DNA of 64,000 nt from Octopus sinensis (GCF_006345805.1 NC_042998.1:153450001-153514000), one strand, 5' to 3'. Positions 13,051 through 26,005 are shown, numbered from the stretch's first letter. The notes: a model not told the origin generated them from the letters alone. Numbers and translations are program-made.

Positions 13051-13572
13051 AAGTCACTGATAGGGCACAGAAAGTGTGTCAATAACCAGCTGGATAAGAT
13101 GTTCTCTTGGGGCTACAAGCTATAGTAGCATTCACCCTTAGTGGTTTGCCCGATTTAAGTGGCAAATATACTTCATGTTGTTTTGCAGCTACTGTTTATA
13201 CCTCGTTCAGAGATTTATTATTGCTTGTTTACACTTTTTTGAGATCAGTGACTTTTCATCACTGGAAAAAGGATATATGTATTTGCATTGAGACCTCTTT
13301 GCATCGAAGACTGGTGATTGTCATTCGCTGAAAACGGGTAACTACTCAGAAACCCGGGTCCATGTGTATCACGTCAGGTTGATGATGGGAAGGATGGCTT
13401 CCCTTTGCACATATTGATGGGGCACAGAAAGTGTGTCAATAGCCAGTTGAAGGAGGTGTCCTCCTGGGGATACAAGCTACAGTAGCATCCACCCTTAGGG
13501 GTTAGCCACATTTAAGTGGCAAATATACTTCACGATGTTGTGCAGCTAGTGTTTATACCTTGCTCAGAGATT

Positions 13573-13603
<31 letters not shown>

Positions 13604-13850
13604 GATGTAAATATAAATAAAAGCGCAAGCAACGGGTTGCTTAGCCACATACCGAAAAATTAAAAATAGCAGTCAAAGACTGCTTATTTCTATTTTCTAC
13701 AAATATAACTCCACTTATAACATATACATGTAACTCACATATGTAAAACAGGATGAAAAATAACGAAAACATAGTATATATATATTCATGTATGCATATA
13801 TATATATATATATATATGTATATATTTCTACATATATATATATAAATATA

Positions 13851-13999
13851 ATATGTGACAATTATTCAGTAACCAAGATAAAACTCCGAGTTTCGGATTT
13901 TTCCGATGGCCGGATAACAGAAGAGATGGCAGTGTGGATTTCCACCTCGCCATCCGAAACTCGGAGTTTTATCTTCGCTACCGAATAATTGTCACATAT
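13851..13999. mobile_element. 149-bp fold-back element with ~45-bp terminal inverted arms
   Basis: ATATGTGACAATTATTC..AAGATAAAACTCCGAGTTTCGGA is inverted at the other end; the left end abuts (TA)n. Confidence 0.8.
13913..13973 (+). ncRNA. Type I hammerhead-like motif (U4A)
   Basis: GATAA-CAGAAGA-GATGGC..GCCATC-C-GAA-ACTCGGAGT-T-TTATC. Confidence 0.6.
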
Positions 14000-14077
14000 G
14001 AAATTTACAGATAAATTTCTCTATTTACATAATATCAAGGTCTCTTTCTTTCTTTTGTTATCTTACCGTTTTTATCA

Positions 14078-14089
<12 letters not shown>

Positions 14090-14113
<24 letters not shown>

Positions 14114-14156
14114 ATATATGTATGTATATATATATGTATGTATATATATATGTATG

Positions 14157-14192
<36 letters not shown>

Positions 14193-14836
14193 TGTATGTA
14201 TATATATATGTATGTATATATATATGTATGTATATATATATGTATGTATATATGTATGTATGTATATATTATGTATGTATATATGTATGTATATATTGTA
14301 TGTATATATATATGTATATATATGTATGTATATATGTATGTATATATATATGTATGTATATATATATGTATGTATATATATATGTATGTATATATATATG
14401 TATGTATATATATATGTATGTATATATATATGTATGTATATATATATGTATGTATATATATATATGTATGTATATATATATGTATGTATGTATATATATA
14501 TGTATGTATATATATATGTATGTATGTATATATATATGTATGTGTATGTATATATATATGTATGTGTATATATATATGTATGTATATATATATATATATA
14601 TGTATGTATATATATATATATATGTATGTATATGTGTATGTATATATATATGTATGTATATATATATATGTATGTATATGTGTATGTATATATATATGTA
14701 TGTATATATATATATGTATGTATATATATATGTGTATGTATATATATATGTATATGTGTATGTATATATATATGTATGTATGTATGTATATATATGTATG
14801 TATGTATGTATATATATGTATATGTGTATGTATATA
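14090..14836. repeat. (TA)n/(TATG)n compound microsatellite
   Basis: Direct reading; source of the YI/CV-repeat pseudo-ORFs. Confidence 0.97.
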
Positions 14837-14837
14837 T

Positions 14838-15066
14838 ATCATCATCATCATCATCGTTTAACGTCCGTTTTCCGCGCTAGCACATGTTGGACAGTTTCGA
14901 CCGGGGTCTGGGGAGCTCGGGACTGCCCCAGGCTCCAGTCTAGTCTGGCAGTGTTTCTACAGCTGGATGCCCTTCCTAACGCCAACCACTCCGCGAGTGT
15001 AGTGGGTGTTTTTTACGTGCCACCTGCACAGGTGCCAGAGGGGTCTGGCATCGGCCACGTTCGGAT
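14838..15066 (-). mobile_element. RTE LINE 3' UTR fragment
   Basis: catcatcatcgtttaacgtccgttttcc.. matches the reverse of the 28150-28336 3' end. Confidence 0.85.
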
Positions 15067-15334
15067 GGTGCTTTTATGTGGGGGGGGGGCGCAGAAATAT
15101 ATAGGGGAGCACCAGTGGGGAGGGGTGGTTCAGAGAAATGATGACAGGTTCTAGGCAAGTAGAACGTAGGATATCAAGAGAGGGGTAATGCATGGTGAAA
15201 TAGCGTATTGAAGAGGGGGGTTCGAAGCGTAGACACCTATAATGGTGGTGGGAGAAGCGACATCCGGTATAGATGGAGCAAAAATATAGAGATATCCGGT
15301 ATTGGTGGTGGGGGTGCGCAAGGGCGGGTGCACC

Positions 15335-16073
15335 GGGAATATACGAAGGTTGAACTGACGGGCTGGCTTCGAATGCTCTTAGCAATGGAAGGGGGGAATG
15401 GCAGACACGTGAGAAAGGGAGAGAGAGAGAGATAGAGAAGAACAGTGAACCCCGCGAAAATGGGCCGCCATTGAAAAAAAACCCCTGTATGGAGAAATAA
15501 TATGCAATACGAGGCGAAGCTGAAAATAGTAATAATAATAATTATAATAATAATAAGCAAACTGTCGACCAGGGGATCAAAGGGACAATACTAGTACTAA
15601 TAATAGTAATAATAATAATAACTAATAAACGAAACAGCTCAACCACAACATTAGATTAGAAAGACTTTTATCTTGGGAACATTTCGTTCTTCGGCCTGAC
15701 ACGGGAATATGCGAAGGTTGACTGATAATAGTAATAATAATAATAACTAATAAACAAACAAAACAGCTCAACCACAACATTAGATTAGAAAGACTCTTAT
15801 CTTGGGAACATTTCGTTCTTCGGCCTGACACGGGAATATACGAAGGTTGAACTGACGGGCTGGCTTAGAAATGCTCTTAGCAATGGAAGGGGGGAATGGC
15901 AGACAACGTGAGAAAGGGAGAGAGAGAGAGAGATAGAGAAGAACAGTAGAACCCCGCGAAAATGGGCCGCCATTGAAAAAAACCCCTGTATGGAGAAATA
16001 ATATGCAATACGAGGCGAAGCTGAAAATAGTAATAATAATAATTATAATAATAATAAGCAAACTGTCGACCAG

Positions 16074-16077
<4 letters not shown>
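15335..16077. repeat. ~245-bp direct repeat pair enclosing a ~120-bp tandem duplication
   Basis: 15335-15577 is similar to 15832-16077; 15600-15720 is similar to 15725-15845. Confidence 0.8.
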
Positions 16078-16118
<41 letters not shown>

Positions 16119-16139
16119 GTATGTATATATATGTATGTA

Positions 16140-16531
16140 GCTGTGATACCAGTGCCGATGGCACGTAAGAGAACCATCCGAATGTGGCCGTTGCCAGCGC
16201 CACCCTGACTGGTGTCTGTGCTGGTGGCACATAAAATGCATCATCCGATTGTGGCCATTGCCAGCCTCGTCTGGCCCCTGTGCTGCTGGCATGCAAAAAG
16301 CACCATCTGATCATGGCTGTTTGCCAGCCTCGTCTGGTACCTGTGCAGGTGGCACGTAAAAAGCACCCACTACACTCATGGAGTGGTGGGCGTTAGGAAG
16401 GGCATCCAGCCGTAGAAACACTGCCAGATCAGACTAGGCCTTGCACAGCCTTCTGGCTTCCCAGACCCCAGTTGAACTGTCCAACCCATGCTAGCATGGA
16501 AAACGGACGTTAAACGATGATGATGATGATG
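16140..16531 (+). mobile_element. RTE LINE 3' UTR fragment with (GAT)n tail
   Basis: GTGCCGGTGGCACRTAAAAAGCACC repeats; ends gttaaacgatgatgatg. Confidence 0.85.
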
Positions 16532-16546
16532 ATATATATATATATA

Positions 16547-16745
16547 GTTAATCCAAACAAGAAAACAAAAAAACACAACAACGCAAGGACGTGGAACAAA
16601 TAAAGTATTGTTGGACGCTAACGAAAGAAGGGAAGAAGGAGGGTTTAACGTTTCGAGCGGAGCTCTTCGTCGGAAACATAGGAAAAGGCAAGATCCCGAG
16701 AAGGGAAGACAGAGGAAAAAAAATCGCCGGTGGTACTCACGAGGT
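16547..16745 (-). mobile_element. PLE 3' terminus (pLTR), same family as 56487-56700
   Basis: High similarity to 56487-56690 (gttaatccaaac..gggtttaacgtttcgag..gaggtcacat); abuts (TA)n. Confidence 0.8.
16643..16677 (-). ncRNA. Minimal type I hammerhead motif (U4C)
   Basis: Minus strand: GTTT-CCGACGA-A-GAGC-tcc-GCTC-GAA-ACGT-T-AAAC. Confidence 0.7.
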
Positions 16746-17192
16746 CACATGTATATGTATATACATATGTAGATATATGTATATGTATATGTATATACAT
16801 ATGTATATATATATATAAAATGAGATAGGGGTTGTAAATTCAACCCTCCATGGGATAACATACATCCAATACACTGCTAGAGAAGTACCCAACAAAGCTA
16901 ATACATAAATGTTAAAAATTGCGATGCAATTAATTCATTTACTGTATTAGGTGGGCAAAGATAAAATTATTTTTACCGTAAATTAATAATACAAAATGAG
17001 AAAATGGAGAAATATATCTAAATCAATCATCAACTATCAGATAATACCGAATCAATACTTTATTAAAACACTACACAATAGCAATGATATTATACATTAA
17101 TATAGAACAGTAATTACAATCAGTATGGTGAAATATAACTAAATAAATATAACAAGACATAGAAATACATTTACATTGTAGCTGACAGCTAC

Positions 17193-17289
17193 AGCAGAAG
17201 ACACTGGCCCAAAATGCCACGCAGTGGGACTGAACCCGGAACCATGTGGTTGGTTAGCAAGCTACTTACCACACAGCCACTCCTGCACC
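17193..17289 (-). mobile_element. tRNA-derived SINE 5' fragment
   Basis: Reverse complement of the 24519 SINE head. Confidence 0.8.
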
Positions 17290-17365
17290 TATATGTATAT
17301 ATGTGGCCATTTCTTTTTTCCTCTGTGTTCCCTTCTCTGGATCTTTCCTTCTCATATATATATAT

Positions 17366-17465
17366 NNNNNNNNNNNNNNNNNNNNNNNNNNNNNNNNNNN
17401 NNNNNNNNNNNNNNNNNNNNNNNNNNNNNNNNNNNNNNNNNNNNNNNNNNNNNNNNNNNNNNNNN
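17366..17465. other. Assembly gap (100 N)
   Basis: Run of N. Confidence 1.
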
Positions 17466-17478
17466 ATTCTTGTTAACT

Positions 17479-17528
17479 AGCTTCCTGAAGATTTCTCTGA
17501 ATGAAACAGTTCTAGTCCTGTAGAAGCT
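17479..17528 (+). ncRNA. Type I hammerhead ribozyme motif, canonical core
   Basis: AGCTTC-CTGAAGA-t-TTC-tct-GAA-t-GAA-ACAG-ttctagtc-CTGT-A-GAAGCT. Confidence 0.8.
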
Positions 17529-17610
17529 CCTTCTATATAATAAATTAATTTACTCTGCTCTAGTATTGAGTACCTTATTTACTGTGGTTAACCCCGATCA
17601 ACCCGGGACC

Positions 17611-17653
<43 letters not shown>

Positions 17654-17799
17654 CATATATATAATGTACTGTTCAATGATAGAAAAATCAGCAAAAAGCA
17701 CTCCATCTGGTGGTGAGAGATAAATATTATCTATTTAATGAATATAATACATGTCTTTAAGTGCTACTAATATCTCAAACATAATCATCAGGCACAAGC

Positions 17800-18570
17800 C
17801 AGATATCATAATGAAGTAAAAAAAAATGAATAAGAGAAATGCAAAAAATGTGAGAAGGCATCATACAGAAAACACGAAGGTTGAAAAGACAGAAACATGG
17901 CGTTTCGTTAACTTGACCAACAATGTATAATTAACTCTGTCATCCATGAGGCAGAAGTTACTGCAAAACTAAATGATAATTCAACAGATAAAATTACCTA
18001 TATTGGATATGTGAAGGAGATTTTAAAAATCACCAATCTCATAACCTTCTTATGACATAAGGAAAAAGCAAAGCTACTAAGTTAGCTAGCTGTACATGAG
18101 GTTTGAAAGCTAACAAAACGCTACATGTGATCAAGTAGAAAATAATTGACAAATCCACATCTTATGATCAAATAAATGTTGGCTATGTTTTAACTGAAAG
18201 AGCTCAGATCCTTTTCAGATCTAACATCCCTAACTCTACTGAACTGTTGGTTTGAAATTTTCAGTAGTTGCTAACATATGTATAAATATATTTTGAAGAA
18301 GTAAAAAAATTCTTCCTATACCTGATTAACTTGTTGATATCTTTCCAGCCTTATAATTTACTTCTCACTTTTTACATTTAATTTTTACTTTTCCATTTTT
18401 TAACCTTCAGTGTTTTCTGTATGCTTCCTTCTCAGTCTTTTCTTATTTCTTCTCTTAATCAGTTGTTTTTGTTTATTATGACATGTGGTTGTGCCTGATG
18501 AATATGTTTGAGATATTTCTCAACATATGAAACTGTTTGTAGCACTTAAAGATGTATGTGTCCTTTAATA
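17800..18570 (+). mobile_element. Degenerate PLE GIY-YIG endonuclease fragment plus 3' UTR
   Basis: SVIHEAEVTAK..DKITYIG / CEGDFKNHQSH (frameshifted) and IIDKSTSY..; HHR in the downstream UTR. Confidence 0.7.
18491..18545 (+). ncRNA. Type I hammerhead ribozyme motif, canonical core
   Basis: GTGC-CTGATGA-ATATGT-t-TGAGA-tatt-TCTCA-ACATAT-GAA-AC-tgttt-GT-A-GCAC. Confidence 0.85.
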
Positions 18571-18574
18571 AATA

Positions 18575-18576
18575 AC

Positions 18577-18607
<31 letters not shown>

Positions 18608-19072
18608 GATGATATATATTATATGATATATATTAGATATATAAGATATATATAGGAGATATATATAGATATATAATAGGGTATATATATATATATAGAT
18701 GTATATATAGAGATATATGAATATTAGAATATATGATATATTAGAAGATAATGAGAGATAGATAGGATATGGAGATATATAGATATAGGAATAAGAGATA
18801 TATAGAGGTATAGTAGATATATATATATGGAGAGGTATAAGAGATATATGATGGTATATATATATTGTGATATATATAGGTAGATAATTATATATATATA
18901 TGTATATATATTATGAAATAGATATAGTATAGATATATATATAGAGAGATATATATATGTATATAATATATAGATATGTGTAGATAGAGAGATATGTATA
19001 TCTATATATAGTATATAGATATAGATATATATATTATATATGTATATGATATATATATATATTATATCTGAT

Positions 19073-19109
<37 letters not shown>

Positions 19110-19179
19110 GTATTAGATATATATATTATATATATATATATATATTATGTATATATATATATATTGTATATATATATTA

Positions 19180-19250
<71 letters not shown>

Positions 19251-19411
19251 TATATTTATGTATTATATATATAAATATATATATATATGTATATATAATA
19301 TATATATAAATATATATATATATGTATATAATATATATATAAATATATATATATATGATATATATATATATATATAAATATATATATATATGTATATATA
19401 TATTATATATA

Positions 19412-19445
<34 letters not shown>

Positions 19446-19540
19446 AATATTATGTATATGTATATATATATTATAATAAATATATGGATATGTATATATA
19501 TATTATATAATAATATGTATATGTATATATATTATATATA

Positions 19541-19574
<34 letters not shown>

Positions 19575-19607
19575 AATATAATGTATATGTATATATATAT
19601 ATATATA

Positions 19608-19641
<34 letters not shown>

Positions 19642-19676
19642 AAATATATGTATATGTATATATAGATATATATAAA

Positions 19677-19708
<32 letters not shown>

Positions 19709-19842
19709 AAATATATATGTATATGTATATATATAATATATAAATATATATTATGTATATAATATATATATATATAAATATATATGTATATATATATTAA
19801 TATATATAAGTATATATGTATATATATAATATATATATTGAA

Positions 19843-19873
<31 letters not shown>

Positions 19874-20114
19874 AAATATATGTATATGTATATATATATA
19901 GATATAATATATATGTATATGTATAATATATATATATAAATATTTATTATATGATATATTATATATAAATATATATGTATATGTATATATATATATAAAT
20001 ATATATGTATAGTATATATATATAAATATATATGAGATATGTATATATATATATATATAAATATATATGTATATGTATATATAAATAATATGTATATGTA
20101 TATTATAGATAATA

Positions 20115-20148
<34 letters not shown>

Positions 20149-20247
20149 AATATATATGTTATGTATATTATATATATATATAAATATATATGTATATGTA
20201 TATATATTATATATAAATATATATGTATATGTATATATATATATAAT

Positions 20248-20281
<34 letters not shown>

Positions 20282-20340
20282 ATATATATGTATATATATT
20301 ATATATATATATAAAATATAGTATAATTATATATATATAT
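18575..20340. repeat. ~1.8-kb degenerate (TA)-rich tract
   Basis: Direct reading. Confidence 0.95.
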
Positions 20341-20384
20341 TGATCAAAATAAGCACCAAGTACTCACCCCGAATTTCTACACTC

Positions 20385-20425
<41 letters not shown>

Positions 20426-20685
20426 CGTGTATGTATGTATATGTATGTATATATGTATACATACATATATATTTTGTACTGTTTTCTAGAATAATTCTTT
20501 CTTGTTTGTACTATTATCTCAAATAATTCTTTCTTGTTCATGGTTGCACCCACCCTTTCCCTCTTCCACCACAAATACTGGAAATCTCATTTCTCTTACA
20601 CCAGATATCCTGTTGCTCTTACCAGAAATCCCCTCTCTCATACTGGTAATCTACTTGTTATATTGGTAATCTCCCCACCTACCTT

Positions 20686-20716
<31 letters not shown>

Positions 20717-20889
20717 GGACTAACCCAATCAGATAGCAGCCCACTTACTTACTTAATGTGACATTGTATATTAATACTTATATTTATTTTTATTTGTATT
20801 CATATCTGCTGCACCAGTAATGCTTAAATCTACAATGCTCATAACGCTTATATTTACAATGCCAAAAACACATTCATTTACAATATTTC

Positions 20890-23800
20890 CTTATCCCCAA
20901 CCCCAGTAGGGGCAACAGTCTTAACAGTTTTGGCATGTTTGGATGATGAAAGGTTAAAAGCAAGAACAACCAATGTGACATGTCTATCAAACGATCACGT
21001 TAACCTTCTTTTCAGGTGCTGAATAACAGCTCTCTTCCTATGTTCCCTCACATCCGTTTCCCAGTTTTCAGAGTTGGCACTGTAAATTTAGGCACATTGA
21101 AATGTAGGTCTAGCGAGATTGTAGAGATGCTTGAACAGAGATGTGTTGATGTATGCTGCATACAAGAGGTAAGGTGGAGAGGAGCTTCAGCCAGGGTCCT
21201 CACAGGCAAAGCACATAGGTATAAACTCTTAGAGGGTGACAGAGATGGGGATGTGGCCATACTTCTTGCAGATAAATGGGTGGATAAGGTCATAGAGGTA
21301 GTCAGGGTATTCGATAGCATGCTTAAACTCAGGCTAGTCTTGCAGAATAGTATACCTACAATTATCTCTGCCTACGCTCCACAAGTGGGCCTACCGAATG
21401 AACAGAAGGACCACTTTTATGATATTCTTCTGCAGCTACCTCAAAGATGAGTGACAATAATCTCATGTTTGTGGCTGGAGAATTTAATGGGCATGTCAGA
21501 TGGTAACCTGGTATCTTCCATGGTGTATAAGGGGGATATGGAATTGGTTCCCTAAATGAAGAGAGAACTAGACTCCTGGAGTTCTGTGATGCAAATAACC
21601 TATTAATCTGCAACACCAACTTCAGGAAGCTAGTCTGTCAGCTGATAACCTATCAATCAGGTGACTCTGCTAGCCAGATTGATTTCATCCTCACCAGAGA
21701 GTGGGATGCATTGTTGCTCTTAAATACAAAGACCCTCCCTGGTCTTTAGACTCGAGGCCAGAAGGATGCCAAGAAGCAGCTGAAAATCCTTGCAAGACAG
21801 CTTGCTGAGCACCACACATCTCTGGCTGGTGCAAAGTCCCTTCCAGACCTAGGGTAATGTGGTGGTGGAACAATACCATAAACAGGGCCATTAGAGCAAA
21901 GAAACAGGTCTGGAAGATTGGGGTATCAGGGAACTGTATCAAATAGCCAGAAGGAAAGCTAAGAAACAGGTATATATAACCAAGGGAAAAGCAGAAAAGA
22001 AATTTTCTAGTCTAAGGACCAAAGAACTAAAGTATTTTGGATTGCAAGACAATGTATGAGAGAATATTGTGATGTCATAGGAGAGAATGGATGATGGTAC
22101 ACTTGCTTTTAATGATTCTGCAAAGAAGCTTAGAGATGCCATTATAAAAGACTGCTGAGCATGGAGAATGAATGGGAGGAGGAGAATCTGCCAAACATTG
22201 ACCAATTGAGGGACCAACTACCTGAATTGACAGTGCTCTCGTAGATAAAGTAATTAAGGATATGAAGACAGGGAAAGCCCCTTCCTTCCCAGCTCATCAG
22301 GAATCACCACTGAGATGCTTAAAATATCTGGCGGTGTGCGTTATGGTCTAGTCATCTGTAAAGTAAATCAGGTATTTCATGAAGGAGTCATACCAATAAC
22401 TGGTGTAGCAGCACCACAGTCAACAAGGTAAAGGGGATGCTTTAAGTAGAAATAACTACAGGGATATCAAATTGCTGGATCAGATGATGGGAGTTATGGA
22501 GAGCATTATAGCCCCACTAATTAGGGAGAGAGTTAACCTAGATGAGATCCAGTTTGGTTTTTGCCAGGTAGAAGTACCACTGATGCTATATTTCTGGTAA
22601 GAGAAAAGCAGGAGAAATTCCTAACCAAAGATAAATCTCTGTACTTGGCTTATGTTCACTTGGAGAAAGCCTTTGGCAGGGTCCCCCAACCCCTTAATCT
22701 AGTGGTCAGTGCAGAATCTAGGGATAGACAAGTGGTTGGTAAGAGCTGTACAAGCCTTGCACAGGGATGCTGTGAGTAAGGTGACGGTTGGCAATCAGTA
22801 TAGTGAAGAATTCCGTGTAGAAGTAGGGGTTCACCAAGGATCATTCCTCAACCCCCTCTTATTCATCACAGTCCTCCAGGCAATAACAGAGGAATTCAAG
22901 ACAGGATGCCCCTAGGAGCTCCACTATGCTGATGACCTTGCTCTAATAGCTGAATCACTACCAGAACTAGAGCTGAAGTATCAGGTGTGGAAGCAAGATT
23001 TAGAATTGAAGGGCCTTAGAATCAACCTAGAGAAAACCAAAGATCTTAGTAAGTAGGAAGGCAGACAAATCACAAATCACTTCAGATAGATGGCCCTGCT
23101 CGATGTGTAGAAAAGGCATAGGTAGAAACTCCATAAGATGTACCTGGTATAAGCTATGGACACATAAAAGGTGCAGCAATATCAAAGGAAGATTAACCGG
23201 GAAGATAGTTTTTATGTGTGGCAGATGCACAGGGGCAATAAACACCGAAGATGTACAGAAGACAAGATTCCATCACATGTCAGGGGAAAAACTAGAAGTA
23301 GCTGATAGCTTCTGTTACCTAGGCAACCAAGTCTGTAGTGGGGATGGATGCTGTGAGAGTGTAGTGGTTAGAATAAGAATAACCCGGGCAAAGTTCAGAA
23401 AGCTCCAACCTCTGCTGGCAACCAAGAGCCTCTCACTCAGAATGAAAGGTAGACTTTATGATGCATGTGTGCGAACTGCCATGCTACACAGCAGTGAAAT
23501 ATGGACCATGACTGCTGAGGACATGTGTAGGCTTGAAAAAAATGAAGCTAGTATGATTCGCTGGATGTGTAATGGCAGTGTGCACACACAACAGAGTGTA
23601 AGCACCCTGAGATGCTAGTGCTGCCTGATTGGCTTCCCATGCTGGTGGCACATAAAAAGCATCATGTGAACATGATTAATGCCAGTGCCCCCAACTGGCT
23701 CCTGTGCCGGTGGCATGTAAAAAGCATCATCCAAACGCAGTCAATACCAGAACCCCCAGACTGGCTCCTGTGCTGGTGGCATGTAAAAAGCACCCACTTT

Positions 23801-23957
23801 ACTCTTGGAGTGGTTGGCATTAGGAAAGGCATCCAGCTGTAGAAACCTTGCCAGATCAGATTGTAGCCTGGTGCAGCCTACTGGCTTACCAGTCCTCAGT
23901 CAAACCGTCCAACCCATGCCAGCATGGAAAGAGGACATTAAACAATAGTGATGATGT
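20890..23957 (+). mobile_element. Near full-length degenerate RTE-clade LINE (APE + RT)
   Basis: RVGTVNLGTL..CCIQEVRWRG (APE); PGRSTTDAIF, LEKAF, VGVHQGS, YADD (RT); many stops and frameshifts; GAT-like tail. Confidence 0.92.
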
Positions 23958-24518
23958 ATATATGTATGTGTATATATGTGTGTATGTGTGTGTGTTGCTG
24001 CAGAGGAGATGTTATCCAGTCAGAGGGAGAGAGAATGTGAAAGTGAGCAAGAGGATGAGAGTGCAAGAGAGAGGGAATGTGAGATGGTGGTGAAGTGCCA
24101 GGGTATACCCTCGATGTACAGGGATCAGAATATAAATGGGATGGTAGAGTATTGACATAGGTGCATGAATTGTGTGTAGGGAATTCACACGAATGCAACA
24201 AGTTTGGGGTGGGGACTGCTGTGACTAGTGAAATGTGTGTTTACATGCTCCCCCCCTCTCAAAGGATCTTAGTCCTGCAAGTTACTTGATGACCCTGCCA
24301 GTGTTGGTGCATCCAGTTCACACTGGTTAGTGTTTGGAAGGGTATCCAGCTGTAAGAGCCATACCAAAACAGGCCTTTCCAGTGGTGGTGCCATGTAAAA
24401 AGCACTCTGTCCACTCTGTAAGGTGGCTGGTGTTAGGAAAGGTATCCAGCTGTAAATATATATATACCTGTATATTACTAAGTATTTCTCTGTCTTTACA
24501 TTTTATTTTTTTACTTTA

Positions 24519-24933
24519 GGCGCAGGAGTGGCTGTGTGGTAAGTAGCTTGTTTACCAACCACATGGTTCGGGGTTCAGTCCCACTGCGTGGCACCTTGGG
24601 CAAGTGTCTTCTACTATAGCCTCGGGCCAACCAAAGCCTTGTGAGTGGATTTGGTTGACAGAAACTGAAAGAAGCCTGTCGTATATATGTATATATATAT
24701 ATATATATATGCGTGTGTGTGTTTGTGTGTCTATGTTTGTCCCCCTAGCATTGCTTGACAACCGATGCTGGTGTGTTTATGTCCCCGTTACTTAGCGGTT
24801 CGACAAAAGAGACCGATAGAATAAGTACTGGGCTTACAAAAGAATAAGTTCCAGGTTCGAGTTGCTCGATTAAAGGCGGTGCTCCAGCATGGCCGCAGTC
24901 AAATGACTGAAACAAGTAAAAGAGTAAAAGAGT
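24519..24933 (+). mobile_element. Full-length tRNA-derived SINE (Octopus OK/OR-like)
   Basis: A-box-like GTGGCTGTGTGG, B-box-like GGTTCAGTCCC, internal (TA)/(TG), (AAAGAGT) tail; copies at 26006 and 51226. Confidence 0.85.
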
Positions 24934-25717
24934 AGCCATTCCTATAGTTTAGAATTCTCCAGATCACTCTTTAATTAAATTAAACTCTAAATTATTGATT
25001 TCTTCTTCAAATTTCAGATCAATACTGTCCCCTTTAGAGTTCTCCCTCCTTTTCTCTTTCTTTGTCTCTTTCTGTCCCTCTTTGCATCTGTATTTCCTTG
25101 CCTACACACTCCAGGGTCACAAGGTAGGTCTGCTAGCTGGGAAGTAATTTATGTTACCCTACCACTGACTACTCTACTCCCCCACCACAAGCATCATAAA
25201 TATCCTTATTTGATTCGGTGTGGGGACCCATATCCACACTTTTAATTTTTTTTTTATTTCCTCCTGATATTAGCCAAACAACAAGGTCTGAAAGACACAC
25301 AATGTAACAAACACACTTTTGATGTTAGTCTGATGAAATGCCTCTCTTGTGTCTAAAACTGCAAATGTCATGTGAATTTTCATTTAGAATTTTTGCATAA
25401 ACTGTCATTGCAAATAGAGCTGGTACAGAAACAATTATAATGAATCATTAAAGATGTATTAAAGAATTTTCTTTGTCTTGTTTTTTCATGGATTATTACT
25501 CTTTGCTAAACCCATTTTATGATATAATCATTGTGAAACTTGAATTTTCTACACCTGAGGAATTCTGGCTTTGGACTGGAACTCTACAGCGTTGATAGCC
25601 TAGTATTCAGGTCAAGTACTTCTCTGGAAATACCCTAACTTTACACCCTACCTGAACTCCTATGTTTGTATGTATGTGTGTGTGTATATATATATATGAG
25701 AATTTTATGGAAAGGTA

Positions 25718-25828
25718 TTCCATAGAACTCAACAAATTTGCTAAAATTGGAGAAGAGATGTTGAAATTTGAAAGAATTTCAACATCTTCTCTTCTCCATT
25801 TTTTACAAATCTGTTGAGTTCTATGGAA
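25718..25828. repeat. 111-nt imperfect hairpin
   Basis: TTCCATAGAACTCAACAAATTTG..GATGTTGAAATT-tgaaag-AATTTCAACATC..CAAATCTGTTGAGTTCTATGGAA. Confidence 0.75.
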
Positions 25829-26005
25829 CATGTTTCCATAAGATTCTCATAACACACCATATACAATATTTTCATATTCACAAAAACTTACATCAGTAAG
25901 CTACCAGCAAAATATGAAGAATCTTTGTTAGAAATCACCTTTTTGGAACCCTCCAAAGTAAAAGATGAAATATAATTCAACCTCCCCGCACATATATATA
26001 TATAT

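Noticed and set aside
13989-15154. Long ORFs rich in Y/I/C/V/M or H/T (also 373-987, 56435-57904, 19147-20343)
   Set aside because: They are translations of (TA)n/(TG)n/(CA)n microsatellites, which lack stops in some frames; no domain content.
15680-15706. Minus-strand CCGAAGA-AC-GAAATGTT
   Set aside because: No room for stem II and only a 2-bp stem I.
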